This document shows positions 52,849-62,656 of a stretch of DNA of 64,000 nt, in pieces (the stretch's first letter is position 1; each line of letters starts with the position of its first letter). Under the pieces are notes generated by a model, which was given only the letters and a program-made list of their open reading frames with translations, was not told the origin of the DNA and searched no databases. The stretch lies in the IMG/VR virus record IMGVR_UViG_3300024272_000023; one strand, 5' to 3'. This DNA is from a virus. Taxonomy: Duplodnaviria; Caudoviricetes. The translations under genes were made by a program, and so were the position numbers.

Positions 52849-53634
52849 TTGATGAGAACGTTTGAATTATGGGACCAACTACAAAATAAAAATTGCAGAG
52901 TAATTATTAATCACGCACTGTTTGATGAGCAGCAATACGACTGCGACAATGCACAGATTATCAATGATGAACATAGAATTGGGGTTATAATTAAAGGAAG
53001 AGAATTATTTGCGTACAAGCATGACGTGGTTGATTTTTGGGTTTATGAGAACGCATACACGGTGCGAGATAAGATGATGACGATAATAATTGTAAATAAA
53101 TTGTAAATAAATAACATAACCTCTTGACAAATTGCCCTTCTTATGCTATTATATATACAACCGATAAGGAACAAAATGATTAGCAGGAAGGAGGGCTAAT
53201 TTATGGGAGACAAACAAAAATCTCAGTATCAATGTATGAATTGTGGAACTCTACATTGGATAGAAGATCCGCCTGATATAGATGCGAACGAATTGTACAT
53301 AAAGGTAAGATGTAATCATTGTAAGCAGATGACAAATCATCTTTGGGTGGGAAATAAACCGGAAGATTTGTATTTGTATTACGATGTGAACGCAGATCCA
53401 AGATATTATTGAAACAATACAAAATGATTAGAAGAAAGGAATAAAATTATGTTTGATTTTGATGATTTGATGGACTTAGATGAAGAGGATATGGCAGAGC
53501 TCGAAAATGGAATTCGTGCAACCTGCAAGATGACAATTCGCACTCTTGAAATTTTTTACGAAGAACTTCAGAAGTCTAATCTGCCGGATAGTGTTAAGAC
53601 GGCAATCCTTGTAAGCAAGGCTAATAGCAATTAA
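52849..53634 (+). other. three small ORFs (52849-53106, 53203-53412 zinc finger, 53449-53634)
   Basis: RBS-led ORFs; CMNCG..CNHC. Confidence 0.6.
53091..53152 (+). promoter_or_regulatory. sigma-A promoter of the replication operon with TGTAAA-N5-TGTAAA box
   Basis: TGTAAA-N5-TGTAAA-N16-TTGACA-N17-TATTAT, then ACAAAATGAT at 53171. Confidence 0.8.
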
Positions 53635-53665
53635 AATGATTATTATTAAAAGGAGAAAATAAAAA

Positions 53666-54757
53666 ATGGCAAACACATTTAGTTTTGTGGGAAAGATTTC
53701 CCGTAGAAAAGAAAACGCATTTGTAGAGAAATCATTTGGTTCGGGGTGGCTTATTAATGAGCTAAACTTTACGATGGCTTGTGGCGACAACGTACAGTTC
53801 CTGAAAGCATCTGGTGGTATGTGGGACGAGAAGCACGCGAGTAAGAACAGTGTTATGACTGTTAAGTACAACGAGGGAGGCAAAGATGAGAAGATTACTA
53901 TTAATTGGGAAGACAGATTTAATCCCGATGTAGTAGAGAGTGTCGCAAATTACAAGACCTATACTGTAGATACGGAGATTGCACAGGCAAGAAAGGATAT
54001 TGAGGCAAGCGGAGATAAGGCTGCAATTGAGGCGTCCGCTAAGAAGCATAAGACTTTTATCGCAGCAATAGACTTTGTAAAGTGGCTTGATAAGGTAACC
54101 GTCAATGAGAAGACTAAGGATTGGGTATGGAAGGTAACTGGCGAGGTTGAGTATCGTTATAACAACGGTAAGTATTATCGTGACTTTGTTCCTAGAAGAG
54201 TATACCATGTAGATCCTACAACCGAGCCTCAGTGTGTAGGTACTATTAAGACATTCTTCTCTGAGGGATGTGTAGATGACGAGGGCGAGAACGATATCCT
54301 CTTCAATGTTTATACTCAGTATTATGACCAGCAGTGTAAGAAGAATTGCTTCACTCCCATGCCTCTTGTAATTGCTAAGGATCACCCTAAGGCTAAGGGC
54401 TTAACAAGACAGTATAACAAGGCGGAAGGCGATGCAGTTAAAGAGCTTTCTGTAAATGTAGTTTATGTTAATGGTGCACAGAAGGTAGAAATTTCTGAGG
54501 AGCATCTTACCGACGAACAGAAAGAGATGATTGAGGACGGACTTATTACTCTTGAAGATATTCAGAGAGATATGGGCGGTTCTGTATATGGAGACAAGAA
54601 GACTGAGACGAGAATTACAGACCTTGCTCGTGGATACACGACCGGCGCCAAGGAGACTGTTTATGAAGCAGATGATTTAACTAAGACTCCTACGAAGGAT
54701 GAGCCTGAGGATGCAGATATTGATGTCTTCCCTGAAAATGAAGACGATGAAATATGA
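53666..54757 (+). CDS. putative single-stranded DNA-binding protein
   Basis: Beta-rich 363 aa protein with acidic C-terminal tail, first gene of the replication module. Confidence 0.5.
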   Translation: MANTFSFVGKISRRKENAFVEKSFGSGWLINELNFTMACGDNVQFLKASGGMWDEKHASKNSVMTVKYNEGGKDEKITINWEDRFNPDVVESVANYKTYTVDTEIAQARKDIEASGDKAAIEASAKKHKTFIAAIDFVKWLDKVTVNEKTKDWVWKVTGEVEYRYNNGKYYRDFVPRRVYHVDPTTEPQCVGTIKTFFSEGCVDDEGENDILFNVYTQYYDQQCKKNCFTPMPLVIAKDHPKAKGLTRQYNKAEGDAVKELSVNVVYVNGAQKVEISEEHLTDEQKEMIEDGLITLEDIQRDMGGSVYGDKKTETRITDLARGYTTGAKETVYEADDLTKTPTKDEPEDADIDVFPENEDDEI

Positions 54758-54792
54758 TAACAGTACAGAATGATTAAAAGGAGATAGTAATT

Positions 54793-56055
54793 ATGGCATT
54801 TGTAAAACCTTCAATTAATGAAATTAAGCCTGATATGGCAACACTTAGCATTTATATTAGATCGGTAAAGAAGTTTGGTAAGAGCACTCTGTTTAGATCT
54901 ACTATTCTTGCCAAATATGGTGATCCTAGTTATGGACTTCTTGTTGGATGTGGCAAGGAGAAGGGCTATAAGCTTTTGGATAATCTCAACAAGGCACACA
55001 TCGACACATATAAGGATGCTATTGAATTCCAGAAGTGGTTTCTTGAAAATCCGGGCAATGTAAAGATTCTTTGCTTTGATACCGCCGACGAACTGTGTCC
55101 CATGTTTGAAAAGGAAGCGATTCGTCTTTCAAATATTGAGAATCCTAATAGACCTACCAAGTCAATTAAGGGAGCATTTGGTGGGTATATGGCTGGACCC
55201 GAGTATGTTGGCGAGATGATTAAGGCGTACTTCGATAAGTTTATTCAGGCAGGCTATGGTGTATGGGTTATCGCACATTCCAAGTTTAAGACCATTAAGG
55301 AAAAGGGCGGACTTGATGAAGATGGATATATGCAGCTAACTAGTAATCTTGTCTCCAACTACGAAGCTGCTTTCGGCGACATTTTTGATGCCACCCTTAC
55401 AGGTGTTATTGACAGAGCATATGAAACCAAGGGCGAGGGAGATAAGGCAAAGAAGTATGCTACAGGAGAAATTCGTAAGCTGTACTTTAGAGGTACAACT
55501 TTGATTGATGCAGGTTCGAGATTTGCAGATGGAGCAGTGCCTGAGTATCTTACTTATGATATGTCTGATATGGAGTTTGCAGAACTATTCCTTAAGACCT
55601 GCGAAGAAGGTATGGAGAAGAGTAAGCTTGATTTTGGCGCTAAGAAAAAGCCTACCTCCAAGAAGACTACCAAGAAGCCTGAACCTACTCCTGTAGTAGA
55701 TGATGAGGAAGAAGATGACCTTACTGCAATGCTTAGAGCAGTAGTTGAGAAGGCAGAAGAAGATGAGACTACTGATAATGAAATGTATGGTGTAAACGAG
55801 GATGAGATTCCCGATGATGCTGTGCCTTTTGACATCGATGAGGATGAAGAGGAAGAGGTTGATGAGGATGCAATCATCACTCTTGATGAGGATAGACTCA
55901 ACGCAATCCGAGCGGCGTTTAAGGGTTCTGATGCAACAACTAAGGCAAAGGTTAAGAAGCATCTTGTTGATTATTCAAACAAATTAAGTGCAGAGATGAA
56001 GATTAGCGATGTTAATGCTATCGAGGAAATCCTTGGATTGAACGACGAGGTTTAA
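54793..56055 (+). CDS. AAA_24/Sak4-like ATPase
   Basis: SVKKFGKST P-loop, FDTADEL, IAHSK, AGSRF; acidic tail. Confidence 0.75.
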   Translation: MAFVKPSINEIKPDMATLSIYIRSVKKFGKSTLFRSTILAKYGDPSYGLLVGCGKEKGYKLLDNLNKAHIDTYKDAIEFQKWFLENPGNVKILCFDTADELCPMFEKEAIRLSNIENPNRPTKSIKGAFGGYMAGPEYVGEMIKAYFDKFIQAGYGVWVIAHSKFKTIKEKGGLDEDGYMQLTSNLVSNYEAAFGDIFDATLTGVIDRAYETKGEGDKAKKYATGEIRKLYFRGTTLIDAGSRFADGAVPEYLTYDMSDMEFAELFLKTCEEGMEKSKLDFGAKKKPTSKKTTKKPEPTPVVDDEEEDDLTAMLRAVVEKAEEDETTDNEMYGVNEDEIPDDAVPFDIDEDEEEEVDEDAIITLDEDRLNAIRAAFKGSDATTKAKVKKHLVDYSNKLSAEMKISDVNAIEEILGLNDEV

Positions 56056-56063
56056 TAAACACA

Positions 56064-56099
56064 TAGGTGGTTGGTGAGGAATCACCGCCACCTACTTTT
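56064..56099 (+). terminator. intrinsic terminator
   Basis: TAGGTGG..GGTGA-GGAA-TCACC.CCACCTACTTTT. Confidence 0.7.
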
Positions 56100-56118
56100 G
56101 ACATAAGGAGGAATTGAG

Positions 56119-56622
56119 ATGGCAAAAGCAAAATGTAAAATTTGTGGAAACACTTTAGATACAAATGTTGCGTATAAGGTGACAGATAAGAATGGAAAGA
56201 ACAAATATTTTTGCTCAGCCTCTGAGTTCGAGGCAGAAGAAGAGCGCAAGAAGAAAATCCAGGAAGATAAGGATAGAGTGTATCGTTTGATATGTGATAT
56301 TATGGGCGAGAAGGAAATAATCAGTACGGCGTTATTCAAGGAGTGGCAAGTGTGGCTAAAGGTCGCAGATAACGAAAAAATTGCTAAGTACTTAGAGGAA
56401 AACAAGGACTACTTAACTTCGGTGATTGCTAGGCTGCAGAGTTCTGAGTACGCGCGTATACGCTATTTGTCGGTGATAATTAGGGATAAAATTAAGGCAT
56501 TTGTGCCGAAGGTTGAGGTTGTTGAGAAGCCGAAGGTTGTAGTCGAAGAAACTATCTACGAAGCACCAACACAATCTCTTAATAAGCGTAGAAGTTTAGC
56601 AGACTTGGAGGATATGTTTTAA
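56119..56622 (+). CDS. zinc-finger protein upstream of the helicase (possible loader)
   Basis: KCKICG...YFCS; stop overlaps the helicase start. Confidence 0.6.
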   Translation: MAKAKCKICGNTLDTNVAYKVTDKNGKNKYFCSASEFEAEEERKKKIQEDKDRVYRLICDIMGEKEIISTALFKEWQVWLKVADNEKIAKYLEENKDYLTSVIARLQSSEYARIRYLSVIIRDKIKAFVPKVEVVEKPKVVVEETIYEAPTQSLNKRRSLADLEDMF

Positions 56623-58202
56623 TGGATAAGAATCAATTTATTAGTGGAGTTATGGAGAAATATGACCATAGGTTGCTTGAAAATTCTTTGACAACTGAAG
56701 GTAATGTCTGTGGATTACTTCTCTCTGATCTCACCTTTTATGATGATTGTGGATTAGAGAGCAAGGATTTCGTAACTAAGCATGGGCGTATGCTATTTAC
56801 CATTGGTAAGCAACTCAGAGAAAAGGGTTGTGCAAACTTCGATGAAATAACTCTGCTTTCTAATGTGAATGACGATGTTAAAGAAAAGATAGACAATGAA
56901 TTGGGTGGATTTAGAGCGATCCAGAATATTATAGATGTTGTGTCTGTAAAGAATATGGATGCTTTTATGGATGAATTAAACAAGAGAAATGTTTTAATGT
57001 CTCTCTATAAGAAGAACTTTAACATCTTCGAGGAAATGACACTCGATAGTGGAAAGAAAGTTATTCCATATGAGTTGTTTCAAAAATTAAGTTCTTCTGA
57101 AATATTAGACTGGTATAATGCACAACTTGCAAGCCTTGAAACTAATATTAATAGTAGCAAAATTGTGGATGAGGGCTTCGTAGATTTCGATGACGAATTC
57201 ATTGAGAGGCTTTCACGCAAGGAAGAAGTAGGCGTTTCATTTGGAGATGCTGGACTTAATATCAACGGAGAGGAAATTTCTACGTTCCCATTTATGAGTG
57301 GCAATATTCTTGGATTAAAACCAGGCACTTTGAATTGCTGGGCAGCCCATTCGGGAGCCGGTAAGAGTACGTATATGATTACGGTGCTTATGAGCCTTGT
57401 GGCGAAGGGAGAGAAGGTTATCTTGGTTAGTAACGAGTCCCAGATTTCAGATGTTCGTATTCAATTTTTAGTTTGGATACTTACAAGATGCTTAGATTAT
57501 TGGAAGATTTCTAAAAAGAAATTAACATCAGGCAATCTTACATATGAAGATAAAGAAAAGATTAAAGAGGCAAGACAATGGTGGAAGGAAAAATATGCAA
57601 AATCTGTAAAGATAGTAACATTATCTGACGCCGATGCAAGACTAACTTGTCAGATTATTAAGAGACATATTCTTAGAGACGGATGTACAACCTTCCTTGT
57701 AGATACATTCAAATTAACTACAGATGGCGGCTCCAATGACGCGTTTTGGATGAGTCTTATTAAAGATACTAGAGACCTGACATCGCTTGCAATGAAGTAT
57801 AATGTTATTGGTTTGATGACGGTTCAGCTTGCACTTAATTCTTTAAATAGGTGCTGGATTGATGCTAGTTGTTTATCACAGAGCCGTGCAATTAAGGAAA
57901 CGCTTTCGAACTTAATAATGTTCCGTAAAATTACAGATGCCGAGCTAGATCCGTCCTCTCCTTATTTTATTCATCCATTCAGATCAAAACAAAGAGAAGA
58001 CGGTTCGTGGTACGAAGAGCCCTACCAACCCGACAGAACTAAGGTTTGGAGGTGTTTCTTTATAGATAAGTCACGAAGAGGTGCAGACAGTAATGATACT
58101 GGCGTTGCATATTTGGTTAGATACGACGGAGACTTTTGCACGTTTTACGAAACCGCCAAGTGCAGACCTACACACAAGTTGATTAATACTGAGGGTAGAT
58201 AA
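56622..58202 (+). CDS. dnaB: DnaB-like replicative helicase
   Basis: AAHSGAGKST, SNE, LVDTFK, TVQL, DKSRRG. Confidence 0.82.
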   Translation: MDKNQFISGVMEKYDHRLLENSLTTEGNVCGLLLSDLTFYDDCGLESKDFVTKHGRMLFTIGKQLREKGCANFDEITLLSNVNDDVKEKIDNELGGFRAIQNIIDVVSVKNMDAFMDELNKRNVLMSLYKKNFNIFEEMTLDSGKKVIPYELFQKLSSSEILDWYNAQLASLETNINSSKIVDEGFVDFDDEFIERLSRKEEVGVSFGDAGLNINGEEISTFPFMSGNILGLKPGTLNCWAAHSGAGKSTYMITVLMSLVAKGEKVILVSNESQISDVRIQFLVWILTRCLDYWKISKKKLTSGNLTYEDKEKIKEARQWWKEKYAKSVKIVTLSDADARLTCQIIKRHILRDGCTTFLVDTFKLTTDGGSNDAFWMSLIKDTRDLTSLAMKYNVIGLMTVQLALNSLNRCWIDASCLSQSRAIKETLSNLIMFRKITDAELDPSSPYFIHPFRSKQREDGSWYEEPYQPDRTKVWRCFFIDKSRRGADSNDTGVAYLVRYDGDFCTFYETAKCRPTHKLINTEGR

Positions 58203-58203
58203 T

Positions 58204-58265
58204 TGTAAATAAACTGTAAATAAATCTCAAACTACCTTGACAAATTGAAAAAATGATATTATTAT
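58204..58265 (+). promoter_or_regulatory. sigma-A promoter of the primase with TGTAAA-N5-TGTAAA box
   Basis: TGTAAA-N5-TGTAAA-N16-TTGACA-N17-TATTAT, then ACAAAATGAT at 58275. Confidence 0.8.
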
Positions 58266-58305
58266 AATTACACGACAAAATGATTAGAATGGAGGTGTCA
58301 GAGAT

Positions 58306-59340
58306 GTGTTCGAAGAAGTAAAAGAAAAATTATTAGAGCAACCAGAGTCCATAGAGCATATCTTAGACACCTTTGGTTTTGATAAGATACGAATTCGGAA
58401 CCGAGAACTTAGGTGTGCTTTTGAGCCTGGGATGAACCCGACCGCGGTGGTTATTAGGCTGCAAGACAACGAGAATTTGTTTGTGAAAGATTACGAGCGA
58501 AATCTCTCGTGCGACTTAATAAACTACCTTATCAAGAGCAAAAATATTCCATTTAAAGATGTAATGAATGTTATCAAACAGGAGCTACATCTTGATTCCA
58601 TATATAATTACAAACGCAAGGTTGGGCTCTTTGGCGGGATATATGACGGTCTGAGCCGTTCTAATGGCGAAATATCCGTAACTACTTACCCAGAAGAGAT
58701 ACTTGAACAGTATGGCAATACGCCAAATCTGCTTTGGTTAAAAGACGGAATTTCGCTAAGTACTCAACGAAAATGGGGCATAGGTTACGATGTAGAATCA
58801 CAACGCATAACAATGCCGATAAGAACTTCAACTGGGGAAATTATGGCGATAAAAGGAAGGCTTAACGGTACGCCAGAAGAGTTCGAACCCAAGTATCTTT
58901 ACATAGTTAATGGACCAATGTCACAGACTCTTTTTGGGTATTCGGAGAATTACAGTTCGCTCTATGAGAATGAAATCCTTGTGGTTGAGTCAGAGAAGTC
59001 GGTGCTTATTTTGGACTCTTGGGGTTATAACAATGTAGTTGCTCTTGGCAGCAACTCATTGAGTCTGGCACAAGCCAAACTGCTAATGTCATTAAATCCG
59101 AAGCAAGTGACTTTTATGCTCGATAAGAGTTTACAGTTAGAGAACACCAAAAGGAATGCAGACTTGCTCAAGACATTTTGTACTATGAGGCAGTTGGAGA
59201 TCCGTTATTGGAATTGGGAAGATAATTTAACATTAGACGATAAAGCTGCTCCTTGTGACGATACTAAGGCGGAGTTTGAATATATATTAGCAAATGAAAT
59301 AGAACCAATAGAAAATTTAGAAGAAGAGGATGAAATATAG
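58306..59340 (+). CDS. DNA primase (TOPRIM)
   Basis: RITMPIR...IKGR, PKY, LFG, VVESEKSV, VALG; follows the helicase. Confidence 0.8.
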   Translation: MFEEVKEKLLEQPESIEHILDTFGFDKIRIRNRELRCAFEPGMNPTAVVIRLQDNENLFVKDYERNLSCDLINYLIKSKNIPFKDVMNVIKQELHLDSIYNYKRKVGLFGGIYDGLSRSNGEISVTTYPEEILEQYGNTPNLLWLKDGISLSTQRKWGIGYDVESQRITMPIRTSTGEIMAIKGRLNGTPEEFEPKYLYIVNGPMSQTLFGYSENYSSLYENEILVVESEKSVLILDSWGYNNVVALGSNSLSLAQAKLLMSLNPKQVTFMLDKSLQLENTKRNADLLKTFCTMRQLEIRYWNWEDNLTLDDKAAPCDDTKAEFEYILANEIEPIENLEEEDEI

Positions 59341-59485
59341 TTATGGAAATAATGGGAAGACGTATCATATTTACGGCAGACGATGAAATGCCAGATTGCT
59401 TATCGTGTGACCACTGCGATGATGATTGCAATTGCTCAAAATTCTGTGGCCCAGAATATGGGTGGGCAGGATATAGACGGACAGA

Positions 59486-61753
59486 ATGGGTGGACGCAGA
59501 ATGAGCAGATATATTGATGCGGATGAGTTGGTTGCTTGGTGTCAGCGAACATCCAAAGCGCAAAGCACCGTGACAGGTAAGGCGTATGTTAATGCTTTAT
59601 TAACGACAGTAGACTGTAGTCCCACCGCTGATGTTGCCCCGGTTAGGCACGGAATGTGGGATTATATCGCAACACACGACTGTTTCTCTTGTAATTTATG
59701 CAAGTTTGATAGCGATGTAGCAATGAAATATTGTGGCGGTTGCGGTGCAAAAATGGATGGCGAAAAGCGTATTTTATGAGGTAGCAAGGAAGGATAAAAA
59801 ATAATGATTATATTACTTTTAATAATTTTTATTATAATGGCAGCCATAGGAATTTGGCTTAACACGGACACCGACTTTGAATATTCGGGTGGAGCGATGG
59901 GGGTGGTTGGATTACTTGGTGCGGTTGCAAGTTTTATAGCAATGGTATCTCTTATTATTGGTGTTTCCAATCTTACCGTCATTAATGAAAAAATAGCAAT
60001 GTATGAACAAGAAAATCAAAAGATTGAAACACAAATAGCAGAGACGGTGCAACAATACCAAGAGTATGAAAGTGGAATATTTACCGAGGTTGCACCCGAA
60101 AGCTCTGTGACACTTGTTGCCCTTTATCCTGAGTTGAAGGCTGATACTTTGGTGCAAAAGCAAATAGAGGTTTATATTGCTAATAATGAAAAAATTAAAG
60201 AGCTGAAAGAATCTAATATAACTGGTGATGTTAAACGCTGGTGGCTTTACTTCGGTGGGAAGAAATAAAATACGAATTTTAAGAGGTTTAAATATGAAAA
60301 TTTATATAAAACAAATTAAACCATATATCTACACACCTATGGCGCAAGGTACTGTAGATGAGTTAACTGCCATTGATGGATATGATTGGGTATCTGAAGA
60401 CCACGAAGCAGCGTTGAGAAAGCAAATTGTTATAAATGATTCTTGGTCAAAGCTATTTTTTAAAGAAAGATTTATTGTTCTTGGCGATGGTGTTGTAGGT
60501 GAATTTGAAAAAACACAATTTGGTTGTTGTCAAAATTGCGGTAACGCAAAAGAAAGTTTTCATCTTAAAGATGAATTTAAAAACGAGTTGAATTGTCCAA
60601 AATGGGGAGCAGTAGGATTGAATCCGTATGGATTCTGTCATATGTGGAAGCCGAAAGAGCAATAAAAACAAACTTTTAAGAGGTAGTTATGGAAGATTAC
60701 GAACTGACAATAGGAACTATTGAATATTATAAAAGCAAGGCTTGTGAGTGCATCAAAGGCAAATGCGATAAATGCGAAGCTATGTATGAATATAGTGGAA
60801 AACAGTATTGTCAATTTGATACTGTGATTAGATTTATCAAATGGGACAATCAATATAACATATAAAAATAAAATTTTAAGAGGTAAATTATGAATAATTT
60901 TGATAAATTAAAATCGCTTAACATAGACCAATTCACCGAGTGGCTTGACGAGAATGGGCAGTATGATACAGCACCCTGGAGCCTATGGTTTGACCGCAAA
61001 TACTGTAAGAACTGTGAAGATATTATATGCAAGTCTCCAGATGATTCAAGACAATATCGTTGTGCGTACTGCGAAATTTATGATAAATGTCGCTTTTTTG
61101 ATGAGATGGAAGATGTGCCGGACAGTAAGGAGATTGTGAAGATGTGGCTTGAAAGTGAGGTAGAAGACAATGTATAATCCATGTTTTGAATGTTTGAATA
61201 GATATGGTAAGCAATATACAGAAGAATGCGATGATATGTGTGAATATGCTCACGCTCTGAGCAAGCTTAAGCCCTATGGCGGTATAAATGAGGCAGTTAG
61301 AGTTATGAAAGGTGATGCTATTCCAGTTGCATTGTTACAGAAAGATAAAATTGATTGGACATACCACATTGTATGTTATGCCAAAGAGGAGACAAAAGGA
61401 TGAGTAATAAAATAGATTTAATTGATTACGATATTCCGGCATATAGAAAGAAATCAAAGAAAAAGGGTCAACCTCGGTCGAAGCATAAACATACTTATGA
61501 AACGGTTCTTCTGACTCGCTATTATCATTTTAATCTTGGTGAGCCGAGAACTTCTGAGTCTAAGCAACCTACCAAAGTGTGCACAATTTGTGGTCGAATA
61601 GACGATGTGGATTATGATGCGTCTTTATATGACGTTCATCCAGACACCAAGATTAAATGGGTGTTTGTAAAAGACTTGAGTGAAAAGGCGTTAGGTTTGC
61701 CGAAGTGGCGTGCCGATAGTTTTGATAAGTTTGCAGTCAAAGTGGAGGATTGA
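59486..61753 (+). other. small hypothetical ORFs between primase and YopX-like gene (59486-59779, 59804-60268 membrane protein, 60225-60665, 60890-61177, 61170-61403, 61355-61753)
   Basis: Co-oriented ORFs, several Cys-rich, three junctions carry TAAAA-N6-TTTTA. Confidence 0.6.
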
Positions 61754-62379
61754 TTATGAGAGAATATATTTTTCGCGGTAAGTGCAGAGATGAAGACAAA
61801 TGGGTGGAAGGTTGCTTGATTCATTATGGTGATTACTGTTGCATTTTACAAGATGAAGATAAGTTGCATCCCATAGACGTTCCATATATGAATGATTTGG
61901 GTTGCATTGATGGATATGCTACGCCGGTTATTCCAGAGTCGGTTGGGCAGTATACAGGCTTTGATGAATGGGTACTTATGGATGAAACTCGTAATGCTAA
62001 ACTCTATGAGGGTGACATTGTAGAAGTATGGGGTAATAGAGAAATATATCAGTCTAATTGGAGCCAGTATGACGGTAAGGTGAAATTCAGAGGGGTTATT
62101 ATGCTTAAATATGGTAGATGGCTTATTGATTTTGAGAATAATTACAATAAGTCTATTTGTAAAGCAAGAGGCAAGGAAGAATATGATAGAGAACCTCCGA
62201 TGACCCGTGATTTGTATGAACCATACTTTAATCATACTTCAAATAAGGATGAATATAGAAAGCGTAAGCTTGAAAGCAGAGAACAGTGCTTAAGATGGGG
62301 TTTCGATGATCACTCATACTATGACGATATTGTGAAGATTGGCACCGTGTTTGAGAATGCAGATTTGTTGGAGGGATGA
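61750..62379 (+). CDS. YopX-family protein
   Basis: MREYIFRGK...WVEG.L...VGQYTG...YEGDIV...IGTVFENADLL. Confidence 0.8.
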   Translation: MIMREYIFRGKCRDEDKWVEGCLIHYGDYCCILQDEDKLHPIDVPYMNDLGCIDGYATPVIPESVGQYTGFDEWVLMDETRNAKLYEGDIVEVWGNREIYQSNWSQYDGKVKFRGVIMLKYGRWLIDFENNYNKSICKARGKEEYDREPPMTRDLYEPYFNHTSNKDEYRKRKLESREQCLRWGFDDHSYYDDIVKIGTVFENADLLEG

Positions 62380-62382
62380 TGT

Positions 62383-62634
62383 ATGTTATGTTATCATTGC
62401 GAAAAAGCAAGTAACTGTTCTACATTTAGAACACTTTGCTCTGTATCCGAGGATTTTTGTATTAATAAATGTAAGGACTTTGAGGATTCGTTGCGCTATT
62501 CATATATGAAGATAGCGAAAAATCATGATTTGATGAAATTGATTTATGATTATTTTACAGATATTCTTGAAGGATATAGTAAAGAAGAGGCAGAAGAGGT
62601 CATTATTCGTGCATTACGAGATTTAAGTTATTAG
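62383..62634 (+). CDS. hypothetical protein
   Basis: 83 aa Cys-containing ORF. Confidence 0.55.
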   Translation: MLCYHCEKASNCSTFRTLCSVSEDFCINKCKDFEDSLRYSYMKIAKNHDLMKLIYDYFTDILEGYSKEEAEEVIIRALRDLSY

Positions 62635-62656
62635 AATTAAGCCAGGAGTGATATAT

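Larger units (their letters stand above)
610..58284. repeat. dispersed motif ACAAAATGAT (extended AACAAYACAAAATGATT), at least 22 exact copies
   Basis: Minus: 610, 2808, 2880, 6599, 8187, 10381, 18716, 19130, 51657. Plus: 35662, 36733, 38754, 44582, 45350, 48647, 49080, 49658, 51639, 52681, 53171, 53419, 58275. Confidence 0.9.
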
